Source: Cenococcum geophilum (lineage: Eukaryota). From it: a stretch of DNA of 64,000 bases. The stretch lies in contig CP158635.1 of assembly GCA_050273025.1 (NCBI GenBank), positions 11,098,001-11,162,000 of the forward strand, given 5' to 3'. How positions within the stretch are numbered: position 1 is the stretch's first letter; the number at the start of each line of letters is the position of its first letter. A program made the position numbers and the translations under genes. Positions 51,659 to 64,000 of the stretch are shown piece by piece. The notes under the pieces were generated by a model. That model was not told the DNA's origin, ran no database searches, and saw nothing but the letters and a program-made list of their open reading frames with translations.

Positions 51659-53908
51659 ATGGCTTCCCTCCCAGGAAACTCCGCAGATACACCAACTTCA
51701 TCGACAGGAGACCCCCAAGCAGCACTCGCGCAAACCCTCACGCTCCTGAAATCCAAAAACGACACGTCTCGCTTCGTCGGTCTTTCTCTTCTCCGTACTC
51801 TCTTGGACACACACGTCTTGCTACGCAATGACCCCGTCACCATCACGCGCTGCTGGAGCGCGATTTCGCCCAAGTTCCTCAAAAAGCTCCTGCAGGCACG
51901 GCGAGCCGACAAGCGGAGCGAGGATGAGGCGCACAACATGGTCACTCTGGCCGTTTCAGTGATCCATGCATTTACGGTGCTTCTGGAGCAGGAGGCCCTT
52001 GAGGAGCAGCAGGTGACTGAGCTGTGCGGGGCGCTAATTGAAAGTTTGGCTTTCAGTGATGCGGCGACGAGGGTGTTGGCGCTGCAAGCGCTTTCGACGA
52101 TTGCGAGTCGGCCGAAAGGAGCTTCTGCTATATGCCAAGTTGAAGATATGAAGCCGTTGGTTGAAGCAGCTGTTGAAGACGAGCTCGCGATGAGTGTTAT
52201 TAGATTCGTTTTGACATCGACCATGAAGTATTCAACAGGTGATGATGAAGAGTCTACGAACCAGACTCAGGCCAAAGGAGATGGCATCATTCAAACTCTC
52301 ATTGATGCATTTGAAGGGAAAGACCAGATCTGGCTTTTAGAGACTATTGCGGATGTTCTGGAAGAATCACAGGTAAGTTCACGCAAACAAGAAGTGACAG
52401 AATCGATGCTGGTGCATGACCGAGCCCCTTTTAGAGACCGGACCATAACTATTGAACGGTATATTGAACCGTTCTTGGTCAGTTATTAAGGGTTGCATCA
52501 AGATCGCCTATTAGCTAGTATCTTGCTCAGGATTTGACTTCTACAGCTTCCTTCTCCTTCCGCGAGCATCGATTCTGTCCTTCTCTAATCTCATCCCTCA
52601 AGATCGCTCACTCCTAATATACAGACTCTCCGAAATCCCCCTTGGCTCTCCCAAGTCATCTGTCTAATCCGTCGCGCCTTCCTCGCATCACCAAACACCA
52701 AGCTCTGCCGTGGCAGCACTCGAGTAATCCACCACTTCACGCGCACAATTCCCGCATTCGACCCCTTCTTCCCCCCAGCATCTCTTACACAGCCCCCAAC
52801 CCCCAACCCGTTCTCCTACCTCTTCATAAACTTTCTCCTCATTGATATCCGCGCCACCATCCCCTCCCTCATGGAAACTCTCGCATCACCCCAATACCCA
52901 CCCACGGCACTCCGCCTCGCCGCCGCCTACGACGTCGTCGGCTCCTTCATCAGCTCACTCGTGCGCCTCCCGGACCCCTACGACGACAACAAAGCCACCC
53001 CAGCCCAGCACGTCCTCGACATCTCGCCCGACCTGTTGCTGCGGCTGCGAAAGAACCTCGCCGAGACGATGTCGCTGACAATCGAGTTCCTGCGCGACAG
53101 ATGGGACGCCGCAGTCTCCGGCGCCGCGGGCCTGCACCCATCCGCGCTGCCGACACCGCAGCACAACCCAGGCGGGCCGAGCGCGCCGCGCGCGCTGACG
53201 TGGGAGAGCCCGACGGTGGCAGTAGATGCGGACCCGATTGTGGTCGCGGGGTCCCGCGCGCTGGCGCTGTGGCTGCACGAAGACGAGAACGCGCAGCTGA
53301 GGACCGAGGCTGCGGGGGTTACGGATGTGCTGCTGGCGTTGTATTCGCTCGATGTCGACGCGCCGGGGATTCAAGGGACGGACTACCGCACGCATGTGCT
53401 GCTGGCGTTGGAAGGTCTCACGGCGACGCCTGCAGGCGTTGAGAGTTTCATTGCACAGGATGGTTGGGCGAAGTTGGCGGACGACCTTGAGTCCTGCATG
53501 CAAAACGTCAGCGGGAGCCAGAAAGGTGCGTATCCATATCGTGTCCTTAGCATCATCCGCGTCCTGTTAGCGGTCGTGGAGTCGGAGGAAACAGCTCAGA
53601 CGAAAGACGAGTGGCTGAAGTTCATCTCGTTCCTGGCGCGGATGAAAGCACCTCCGGTGGCACCTTCAAGCATAGGGTTAAGCCATGAAGAGCTGGATCC
53701 AGTGGAAGTCTTTGCCGCGGCGGGGCAGCTAGCTGTTGCGTCGATATTAAAGGCGCCGAAGAAACTGCAAAGGTTATTTAAAGCGGACTGTGATCGTATA
53801 TGCATGACCGTGAAGCTGTTGCTGAGGACAGGAAGGGATCTGCTGGATGGAGACACCGTAGAAGGGTTAAAAGAAGTGATTGATGGTTTTGCGGAGTTAA
53901 GTGTGTAG
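51659..53908 (+). CDS. Neurochondrin/DUF1941-like ARM-repeat protein (intron-containing)
   Basis: N-terminal LLKSKNDTSRFVGLSLL motif typical of the neurochondrin family; DIRATIPSLME, IEFLRDRWDA, ALALWLHEDEN; intron(s) around 52372-52545. Confidence 0.8.
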
Positions 53909-54745
53909 CGCTTGCATGGCATTGATAGGAAGTGCCTTCATTTTTAGCAAACGGTAACAGCTACTGTCACTGTTAGCTGCACCGTTAGCTAAAAGGGGAG
54001 GAGAGCGATGCCGTAGCCATCATCCGTAGCGCAATGAAATGCACATCTGCCGGTCTTGTGGCAAATAGCACAGCGTTTTTGTTGGCAAGGTCATAACGGT
54101 AAGATTCCGACTAGCGAAAACGCATTCATGATGAGATGTCGTGATATCTTAAGTATAACGAAAGATATTTAGTCCGTCATTTAGAGTGATTGCGATTGAT
54201 AACACCCCTCAAAAAAGACAGCAAACGCGGTACAGTAGAACTCGGCAAGAAATACACTTAAGCAAAAATACACGCAACGCTCAACGCTGACCTCAAGAGT
54301 ATGCTTCGAAGTGAAGATGAGATGAGATGAGATTATAAAGGAGTAGGGAGAGTGAGGAGAGGGTATAGAAACGATAGAGAGGGAAAGAGAGGAGAGGTCA
54401 AACGTTGTGCAACAAGCAGCAAATAGCAAGCCTAGCCTCGCCAGCCACCAATAAAAGAAAACCCAGGAGAGTCAGAAAGGCATTATTACTCAGAGTTACC
54501 AATAAAGAAATCCTCATTGCTGGTCCCATCCCATCGCATCCATCTGTCCCATTCCCTAGTTCGTGTGTCATCCATTAATACCCTAGCCCATCGTTAGTTC
54601 CCCGTTCCCTTTTAAAGTCCCATGTCCGTACACGCACACCGGCGCGTGTACTGTGTGTTGACAGCGATCATCTACAGTAGCTACTGCATGGGTAAGACAC
54701 CAACCGACGGGTTCTTGTAGCGGCTCAAGACGCTACTCTTTCCGA

Positions 54746-56889
54746 TCACGACGCCCCAACAAGATAATAAGCTGCAAAAGCAATTACAGCTACCGTAACA
54801 ACACCGCTACAGATGAAGCCTAACCTCAGCAAAGCTCCAAATTCCAAGTATTGACAAAATACGAATCAAGGGGAAGCAAGATCATCCTGAAAGGAATCTC
54901 AAGCTGCATTGTGCAAGGAGTAGGAAAGGGCGAACCTTACGTAGCATTTTTCTTACCGCCGCAAAGTGAAGCAAAGAAGCGGCCTAGTGGCGTCAACCAG
55001 CTGCCAAAGACCACCTGAAAGAAGGTTCGGAAAAAACCTTCTTGTTTACTTTGTGAAGGTGTAATTACGGAGTTCGGGGTCGCGGCGCGGTTATCAGCTA
55101 ATGAAGACGAAGGTCTCGAAGATTTGGCGGATCGCGGAACCTCAGTTGATTCTAAGGATGGCTCAGCGCCCTTTGCTGTGGGAGTAGATACCTCTTCGGC
55201 ACTTAAATATTCGTCGGCCTCGTCAGTCGGCTTTGGAGTCGCCTCTTCGGGTATAGACAACGTGCGCTTCTTAGCTGGCGTAGACGCTTCAGCTACTGGA
55301 GTATCAAGTGGATCCTCTCGGTATCTGTCCTTGTTTTCTTTGGGTGTCAGCGGAGGAGTAAGTGGGCCTCGCGAAACTGGGCCCGCAGGATCGGAAGCTT
55401 CGGCTTTCGCGAAATCTTTGCTATCGCCCGAGCTGTCGGAGTTGTGTACGTCGTCTTCTACGTCGTCTATTTTCTCTTCGGGGGTTTCGGCGGGAGCCGC
55501 GGCAGATTTAGCATAACCAACAGCTGGTGATGGCAGATCCATTTCTTCCTCATCCCCGGAGTTCTCCTCAATAGGATTCAGAGGCGACCCTGGCTCGATG
55601 GAAGAGCACGCTCTCGAAGCCACTGGTGACAAGTTAAGCGGAGAGCCCGTATCGATTGTTTCGTCCTGAGGAAGACGATGCCCAATAGCAGCCACGTGAT
55701 CGAAAATATCTTCTCGCCTCGTAGGAAACGGTTCGATAGATGGATCATTGAAGTCATGTTCCTCATGAATATCTTGTAGTGAATGTAGCGAAGTGGTAGA
55801 CCTCTTAGTCGACTCTCTGCGCAGGATAGGAGACCTCCTATCACTATCTATAAGTTCATGCACGAAGAGCGGGATTCCTCCTTCAACTGCCCGTGGTTCA
55901 TCTGGAAAAGGTTCCTCGTCCTCCGTTGCTTCTGGGAGCTCGTGCGAGCGCTCATGGGGGAGAAGCGGAACTTCTTCTTCCTCATCATCCTCATCCTCCT
56001 CGAAAGCCTCGTGAGCGAAGAGAGGGGAACGATCGGACTCAAATGCATCAGTCTCTTTTTCCACATCCACCGGAGCTTCAGCAAAGTCATCTCCGTGGCT
56101 AGGCTCATCAATTTTCTCAACGACAAGCGTTAGTATAGAAGGGAATCTAGGTGAAGTAGTTTCCTGTGCCTTCGGAGGAGCCTCAGGAGGTGAAACGTAT
56201 TCAGCATCTGGCTGCGCGTCCTGAGCACGCTTTGAGACGTCCTCATGAAGACTGTCTGCCTCAACATCACCATACTGAGGTTGTTCCACATCAGGCACCC
56301 TTTCAACGACTGTAAAAGGAATTGGAATTGCCTCCGAAGCTTTGGCTTTAGATTCATCCTTCGGAACCTCTTCTTCATCCATGTGTTGTGATTTCAGGTC
56401 GCCCACCGCAACCCCTCGGATTTGTGGTGCCCCCGTTGCCTCGAGTACGGCATCGGTATGGTAAGACATAGACGCAGCTGTCGACTCAGCAGTCTCTTTT
56501 GGCGGTTCCGCAGAAGCGGGCTCGTGTGTGGTATGTTCCAAGATGGGCTTGACCCTGACTGTAATGATATTATTCTTGTTCCCTGCATCATCCATTGCTT
56601 TTTTGTAGGTCAGTAATACTGCCCAACAGACCTAGAGTGGTATCTTACCGGCCTCAGCAGTCTCATCCAGCACCCACCAATCACCTAGGCCCAATCTGAA
56701 TTTGTATTGATATTCACCCTCCTCAACGCCATCGAACTCTTTGTAGAATAAAAACTCCCCAGCCTCTGTCTTCTCCTCGCCGAGCTGCATTTCGATGGTT
56801 TCCCATGGTGGTGATGACAACGAGGTGATAATATAGACTGGGGGTTGTGTGCCTGGGTGTGTATAAGATATTTTAACCGAAGTCTTCAT
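54746..56889 (-). CDS. AMPK1_CBM (CBM48-like) domain plus long acidic region protein, probable C-terminal membrane anchor
   Basis: MKTSVKISYTHPGTQPPVYI...GEYQYKFRLGLGDWWVLDE; intron 56598-56648 joins in frame to the 552-aa ORF; putative intron 54807-54940 adds GVVTVAVIAFAAYYLVGAS*. Confidence 0.8.
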
Positions 56890-59800
56890 GTTATCTTCAG
56901 GTGAGACACTCAACGACGGAGCAGGAGCGAGAAGAGCTGTGTGCTTCCGCGTTGCTTAGCTAAGAGTGGGGTCGGAGGCCTGTCGCGCGAGGGACTGAGG
57001 TCGATGAGAGAGCTCGGGATCAACTTCAACCGAAGATAAAGTGTCAGTGGATACGGATGCTTGTGGCTTTTGGACTGGCTATAGGTTTCTGATGTGCTTG
57101 CGGTGGGGGCGGTGTTTTAGAAAGGACATGCTTAGGGAGATACTAATGGTAGAAGGTGGAGGTGGTCTCGTGTGAGCGGATGGGCGCAAAGTTTGGAAAC
57201 TTACAGTACCAGCAAACTCGACACGGTCAGAGGAACTCTTTCTCGTGCCGTTGGAGCTCCGTCGCGGTTGAGCTGCCTTTTGTGGCTGAGGTGCCTACTC
57301 CAACGAAAAGTCCGGTGAAAGTTGGGTAAGAAATGCGGAGATGCCAGAGAAGCGACGGAGGGCGGATAGCGGCTCCCACGGTGGTGGCAGTGGTGGTGTT
57401 GAGAAGGTACAGGGCAAGGATGAGGTCAGGTATCTTGCACGCCTTGAACCTGTCATCCACGGAGGCTGCAGCAGGTATAGAAGATCAATTGATGGCCGAC
57501 TTGGACGCTCTAAGAGGCCGCTGTGGCCCTGAATGGAGACAGCCAGCGCGTCTCCCCTGCCTTCACCTCAGCTCCGTCCAACCTCACAATTGCCAACATG
57601 CCCTCCTGTTATATGGATGACGTGAGTTTGCGAGAGCTGTGGTAGGCCGATCACCCAAGCCGCTACTTCGCTCCAGCCAGTCCTACCCGCTCTCAGACCA
57701 AGGCAACACCAAACCACGCATTCTAGACCCCCAACCCTAATTAGGACTTGTCAATTAAGAGCGTCGACTCACAATAGTACAAAGGTTATCTCACGTTCAA
57801 GATATATGAACTAAACACTACGGTTGTCACATTATAAAAGGGTGCAGCAGAAGTCGTGCTTCAGCCCATAGGTGCAAATGAGTGCGTAGAAGGCTATTCT
57901 CGGGAGTGTTTCAGACTTCTTTCCGCAGTAAGCCAGCAACCATCAGCAACCGCTGAGGCCTTCTACAAGCTAGTCTGCCCAAAATCCCTATAATGCAGGG
58001 GTTCAACGCTGCACATTGGATCTACTATTTTTTAGCAGTTACGCTAGCCTACTAAAGGACCCCACGGCATTTGACTGAAGGTTCTTGAAATCAAAACAGT
58101 TATTGAGATTACTTATTCTTAATTTTTATATTAACAGCATTTATGTCTCGTAAGAAGATATGAAAGTGCTTATTGAAGCAATCAATTGATAAACTATCAG
58201 ACCACCTGTGCGGGGAATCATGCAACCATTATCAGAACCGAACCATCTGGCCTACTCTGTCGCTATGTAGGCCTACCAAAACATCATGAGAGCGAATACA
58301 GGAAAACGGCTCAATCGGCCAAGTCGCGAGCTAGCTCCATCACCGTAATGGACTTAGGTCCGCAGTCTTTACCACGCCGTTGAATTTATCTGGGGCACCA
58401 CTTATTCTCTCCTCGCTCTCGTTCAGCTCTCTTAGCTCTCGCGCATTCTCAGCGCCAGACAAGCAACGAGCACTGTACGTCATATTGCTCTCTCTTCGGC
58501 CCGAATGGCTCCCGATGGCTTGTAGACCGTAGCTCTGTCGACCCTCGGGCTGGCGGACCCGTAGCTGAAGCCGATCCAGACTTTCTTCAAGACAGGACTG
58601 AGACTGGGCAAGGATGCAGCGGTAATTGCGACACCGACTTCTATCTCCGACCGTAAGCCAGTTCCTGTGCAGAGTCAGCATGCTGATGGAATAGCTGACC
58701 ACAGTTGGAATACCAGTTCACATCGGCGATCAGCCAAGACTGGCCCTTCTTGGCACTCGAATGAATTTCTTTCGAGAAGAAGCCCTATCCCTAGACCAGG
58801 CTAGCCTCCTACTCGCACTTCTACAGCCGCTGCCATCCGTAAGATGCCTTGTAGGTTTCAAAGTTTATTTGAGAATGCTCTTGGTCCAAGCTCCCGAGGC
58901 TGCACCTTGGTTTAGACCAATCGAATCTTCACACGGAGAATAGCTTAATCCTAGAATATTTAAGCTTTGAGGAAATTCAACGGATCCAGAGCAGACCACG
59001 CGAATAGTGGCTCGGAGTAACTTCCAAAGCCAGTCACGAGGGCGAGATCTGCAGGGGTCCGCAACGTACTTTTCCATGGGGACCTGCGAGGATCAGCCTC
59101 CCATCGATTGTTACGGCCACGAGCCGGATAGAAAAACCAGATAACCATGCCTTTTGCTGAAACACTCAACATCATTTACGCGTTTAATCTGGAAGGTTTG
59201 CCGCGCAGTAACTCCAGACGGGACGACAAACCTCACCACAACTTCTCCGAGGTTGTATTCCATATTGCGATAGAAGGCGAGGAGGATCTGTGGTGGAAAC
59301 CCATGACTCTCACATCCACCTCAGTGGTCATCTGCACGATAAGCTCTCCTCTCCCTCATCATCCCGCGAGGGATGCATATCGAGCTCAATCTTCTCCCTC
59401 ATCAGCTCCACTCGTGCGCGTTCGCTTTCCAGCCGAGCCACGAAAATCCCATCTCGCTGTCACGAACAGAATTTGGCAAAAACCGGTTTGCTCCTCCACA
59501 GCTCGCTAGCCCTTGTATCTAACTAGCCCGCGCTGCCACCTTCTCCAGCCTTGCGCGGAGGCTCGAATCACTTGCGGGTAAGGCAGGAGAGCATGCAAAA
59601 GCTATGATAATTGCAGCAACATCGGAGGGTTTGGCTATGTAGTATCTCAGACGCCCGATAATCTGATAGCTATGGCATCAGTAACCCCACGATATGGCAA
59701 TACTGGTGAGCATTCGAGGATTTCCTTCTGCACGTCGTGATAATTTCGTATCCAGACGAGAGAAAGTCAGATTGTGGCGAGGTGTAAATTATTTCGGGAC

Positions 59801-60165
59801 GGGGATCAGGAGCTCGTGGAGTATCTGAGAGTCTGCCCAGTCCTGGGTGCGTGCGTTCGTATGAACCTGGGCTTCGATGAGAGTGTTCTGGAGAGAAAAG
59901 TTGTCTTCTAGCGGGTCGGGTTAAGTACCGCTGGCTCGGTAGCCTAGAATGGTGTGCAAAACCGGTGCAGAGGTGTTATCCATATTCAATATCAATATGA
60001 GGCCATATTGATATTGACATTGAACCGCAAACCTATATTAACATTTTGAACCAAGCGCCCATACAAAATCGAAGCCCGTGATAAAGTAGGATCCGTGTAC
60101 AGGCGTGTGCACAGGTATTTAAACACCATACTCCCTCCCTCCCCCTACCTCATTTCCTTCCCCTA

Positions 60166-60728
60166 TCCCTTGCACCGATATCGTCCTTAGAGATATGGCC
60201 CGTGCACGTAATTAAGAACATTAACTTCCTCGCGTTAAGTCGTAAATAGATAACTTTATTAATTAAATACACCACTAAAATAGTGCGTAATTATATACCC
60301 AAGGATATAGATTTTATGCAGCCTACTTAATATACTGTTTCAAAAAATTAGGTTGTAAAAAGCCACTGCTTCGGGCCCTGGCACTTCCTCCTTTTAACAA
60401 CTCTGGTGATGCGGCAGAATAACTTACCGCCCGTGCGCACCAATTAATGAGATGCATACACGGGCGGTAAGTTATTCTGCCGCATCACCAGAGTTGTTAA
60501 AAGGAGGAAGTGCTAGGGCCCGAAGCAGTGGCTTTTTACGACCCAATTTTTTAAAACAGTATATTAAGTAGGCTACATAAGATCTATATCCTTGGGTATA
60601 TAATTACACACCATTTTAGTGGTATATTTAATTAATAAAGTTATCTATTTACGACTTAACGCGAGGAAGTTAATGTTCTTAATTACGTGCACGGGCCATA
60701 TCTCTAAGGACGATATCGGTGCAAGGGA
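60166..60728. mobile_element. Fold-back MITE (270-bp inverted arms, 23-bp spacer, TA TSD; Tc1/mariner-type ends)
   Basis: TA-TCCCTTGCACCGATATCG...CGATATCGGTGCAAGGGA-TA; arms 60166-60435 and 60459-60728. Confidence 0.92.
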
Positions 60729-60744
60729 TATGCCTTTTACCTAG

Positions 60745-61362
60745 GGCCAGCGGTAAAGGGACACCCCCTAATTGATACTCGGACACCCCCCAATTAATAT
60801 TCGGACACCCCCTCCTGATTGAGTTTAATTCCTTCCTGATTAAGTTAGAATATCACGTGAATTTAAGTTGTTTGTATCTGTATCGCGAAAATTAAATAAC
60901 TCTTATGACTGTCACACCTCGATTGCGCAGCACCCTGTGAACTTATTTAGGTGCTGCTACCTCTGCTTGATGTCTACGAACTGCCTGTTTACAAACTGCC
61001 TGTGCGAGTACGCTCGCGCCTGCGACCGTGCCCCCGCCAGCGCCACGCCCACGCGTAGTATACCCGGTATTCTGTTCAAATGCGGATGGCTCGCGACAAG
61101 TTGATGTATCAACGCGAACAGAGCCAGCCGGGCGGGCGCTCAACAGTTAGAGGCTGGGGTGGGGATAGGTAATGCAAATGCGAGGTGATGTTTTGGATAT
61201 GGGCGCGCGACGGTCGCGTACTGATGCGGATGCAAACAACTCAAATTCACGTGATATTCTAACTTAATCAGGAAGGAATTAAACTCAATCAGGAGGGGGT
61301 GTCCGAATATCAATTGGGGGGTGTCCGAGTATCAATTAGGGGGTGTCCCTTTACCGCTGGCC
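60745..61362. mobile_element. Mutator-like MITE with ~140-bp TIRs and 9-bp TSD
   Basis: TSD TTTACCTAG (60736-60744, 61363-61371); TIR GGCCAGCGGTAAAGGGACACCCCC with three GGACACCCCC subrepeats per arm. Confidence 0.92.
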
Positions 61363-62219
61363 TTTACCTAGTCCTACCTATTATATATGCTGCGGCCTAT
61401 AGAATACCCCAGCTTTATATATAAGTGTTGATGGTTTTTATATTAATATTGAATATTGCCGTTTAATCAGGGATGCATATAATCAACGTAATCGTAATTG
61501 ACCTATAGATTTTGATTATTATAAAATCGCCCCATCTGATCCTGATTGATTATATTGATCATATTAGTTATGTACTGATTTCCTAATTAGGATTAGATCG
61601 ATTAAGGCTTAAGAGAGGCTCTACGAATCGCTTTTGGGTAGAGGCTTGCGCGCATGGGCGTTGTAAGGAAGACATGGTTGGTATATAGGTATAAAAATAC
61701 AGGTAGATGGTGATTAAAAAGGAGCTCTAGATGGGATACGCGTCGGCGCGTGTACAGTAACTTTTTCTAAAAGCCTGCACGGACGTTTTTGTATGTAAAA
61801 ACACGGGCTCGGCGCTTTTTAGTAAGCGCCGATTATTATAGAGGAAAATTAAGAGGCAACTTTCTCAATACCAAAGCTTTATTACCATATTCTATTCCTA
61901 CGCGTTCTTACCGCGGGTGATTATTGACCCGAGGTACGAGTGGTCTATATATTCGGGTTGGGGGTCCTGAAATTCAAACTTCCGCCAAGCCAGCTTCTGA
62001 TTGGTTGCCAAGCCAGCTTCTCATTGGTTAAAAACAAAACTGCGCGCGGTAAGTTATGGCAGAATCCACGTAACGAACATTAAAATATTATAAACGTTAA
62101 AATATCTTAGTATTGCATATTATAAATATTAATATATAGAATTATAGAGGACTTTACATGCGTCTAATATATCTACTTTGCAGCCTCTTACGGGCTGTAT
62201 GGGCAGAGGAGTAGCGATT

Positions 62220-63750
62220 ATAAGCTCTGTAGCTGTATAGAGGCCTGAAGCTTTGCGAGAGCTCCCTTAGGGGGAAGTACACGGAGCTCTCACGGAGCTC
62301 TACTAAAGCTCTGCAAAAGCTCTGTACGAAGCTCCGTAAAAGCTCTACCAAAAGCTCTACTAAAGGCTTTGCAGCACCTCTGCCCACCTAGTGTACTGGC
62401 TACGCAGTAAATGGAGTACGTAGTGCGTAGGGGGTCTAAGGGATCTCCCCCTTGAAGCTCTGCTTGAAGCCCTATACAAAGCTCTAAAGCTCTTCTAATA
62501 CGCAGCACTAATATACTAGGAAGGTTCTGTAATCGGCCGTATAACTACCTATATAATTAATTGCCGTATAATTGTCTCTACGAACAGCTCTATAAACGTC
62601 TACACGATCGCCCGTACAAACGCCCATATAATCGATTAATTAAACGTCCATATAATGGCCCATACAATCGTCTCCACAAACGTCTCTTTAATTAATTACC
62701 CTTACAAGCGTTTGCACCCTATACGCCTACACATGGCTCTATAAAAGCCCTACACGAAGCTCTACGCAAGGCTCTATATAAAGCTTTATACAAAGGTCTA
62801 CAAAAGCTCTACTAAAAGCTCTACTAAAAGCTCTACTAAAAGCTCTACTAAAAGCTCTACTAAAGTCTCTACTAAAGCCTCTGTAAAAGCTCTGCCTACG
62901 CAGTGAATAGAGCACGCAGTGCGTAGGGGGGGGGGTCCAAGGGGGTCTCCCCCTTGAGCTGCTCAAAGCTCTACTAACGCAGCACTGATATACTAGGAAG
63001 TCTTACAGTTGTCTCTACAAATGTCTCTATAAACGCCTTTACAATGGCTCTATAATTGCCTATATAATCGTCTGTGTAAATATCTCTACAAACGTTTATA
63101 TAATTAATTAATCGTCTATATAAACGCCCGTATAAACGCCTATACAATCGATTAATTAAACGTATATAATTAATCAATCAAACGTCCATATAATTGCCTA
63201 TACGATTATCTCTATAAACGTCTCTGTAGTTAATCGCCCAAGCGAATGCCTGATGTGGCTCTGTATAAGGCTCTGCATGAAGCTCTACCGAAGCTCTGCA
63301 CGAAGCTCTACCGAAGCTCTGTATAAAGCTCTACTGAAGCTCTACCGAAGCTCTGCAAAAGCTCTATAAAGGCTCTATACGAACCTCCATGCGAAGCTCT
63401 ACCAAACGCTCTACCAAAACCTCTATAAGAGCTTTACCCACGTAGTGAATAGAGCACGCAGTGCGCAGGGGGAGTCTAAGGGGGTCTCCCCCTTGAGCTC
63501 AAAGCTCTACTTAAAGCTCTACTTCGGGCTTAATACGGAGCTCCAGTACTGATATACTAAGAAGGCTCTATAATTGTCTGCACGTCTATATATCTGCACG
63601 TCTACACGTCTACATGTCTGCACGTCTGCACGTCTGCAAGTCTGCACGTCTGCACGTGGCTTTGCACAAGGCTCTGCATAAAGCTCTACACAAGGCTTTA
63701 CCAAAGCTCTGCACAAGGCTCTACTAAAACTTTGCATGAGGCTTTACTAA
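62220..63750. repeat. Higher-order tandem array (about three ~500-540-bp units built from 11-12-bp and 8-bp minisatellites plus a conserved hairpin cassette)
   Basis: AAAAGCTCTACT runs, TATAAACGTCT/AATCGCC runs, (GTCTGCAC)n near 63575-63657; cassette repeated at ~62401, ~62897 and ~63438. Confidence 0.88.
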
Positions 63751-64000
63751 ATGATAGGGTCTATAGGGAGTCACGTGTCCCACAGCGCACGGCTTAAAGT
63801 CTCTACATGAAGAACTTTAAGCAGCAACAACATTATCTAATTGAATTCGAATATGCTAGTTCTCGTCAATTGAAGCTGCTATTGATTTATTCATTTAGAT
63901 CTTATTTAACCGTTAAATCTCCTCCCTTAAAGCCTTGAATTCAGGCCGTTACCGTTGCTCCTCTCCGCCATCCTATATTTATCCCGTCTACTCCTTATAA

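Noticed and set aside
58300..59750. Possible degenerate gene (several short ORFs, balanced GC)
   Set aside because: No consistent frame, splice model or recognisable motif could be established by eye.
61810..61841. Helitron 3' hairpin (TCGGCGCTT...AAGCGCCGA)
   Set aside because: The hairpin is present but there is no clean CTRR terminus and no identifiable 5' TC end.
62154..63737. ORFs with RAFS/RADVQTC repeats
   Set aside because: Translations of 12-bp and 8-bp minisatellites; no evidence of coding.
62220..63750. CRISPR-like array
   Set aside because: Eukaryotic context, spacers are themselves repetitive, and no cas genes.
26045..64000. Starship giant transposon carrying the accessory genes
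   Set aside because: No DUF3435 tyrosine-recombinase captain or typical accessory genes recognised, and no boundary repeats identified in the window.

Overview
Filamentous ascomycete (Pezizomycotina-type) nuclear DNA in three zones. (1) 1-~26,045 is an AT-rich nest of transposons degraded by repeat-induced point mutation (RIP; C>T and G>A changes, TpA-rich, stop-riddled). It holds Ty3/Gypsy elements (one full-length chromovirus-type element with 427-bp LTRs and TAATT TSD), a Copia 5' half, a Fot1/pogo transposase fragment, and a 4.3-kb non-coding LTR element with GTTAG TSD inserted in another element's LTR. Four LTR families show Tf1-like self-priming signatures, and one family carries a spliced antisense Zn2Cys6-like gene. 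(2) ~26-45 kb is an accessory or decaying zone: an intact intronless cytochrome P450, a Clr5-ankyrin-C2H2 gene, and pseudogenes of an ankyrin protein, a GMC oxidoreductase and a nitrate transporter. (3) 45-57 kb holds core-like genes (ClC channel, Zn alcohol dehydrogenase, neurochondrin-like protein, AMPK-CBM acidic protein). These are followed at 60-64 kb by a fold-back MITE, a Mutator-like MITE and a higher-order tandem array with hairpin motifs. All calls come from manual reading and translation; no database searches were run, and some boundaries are approximate.
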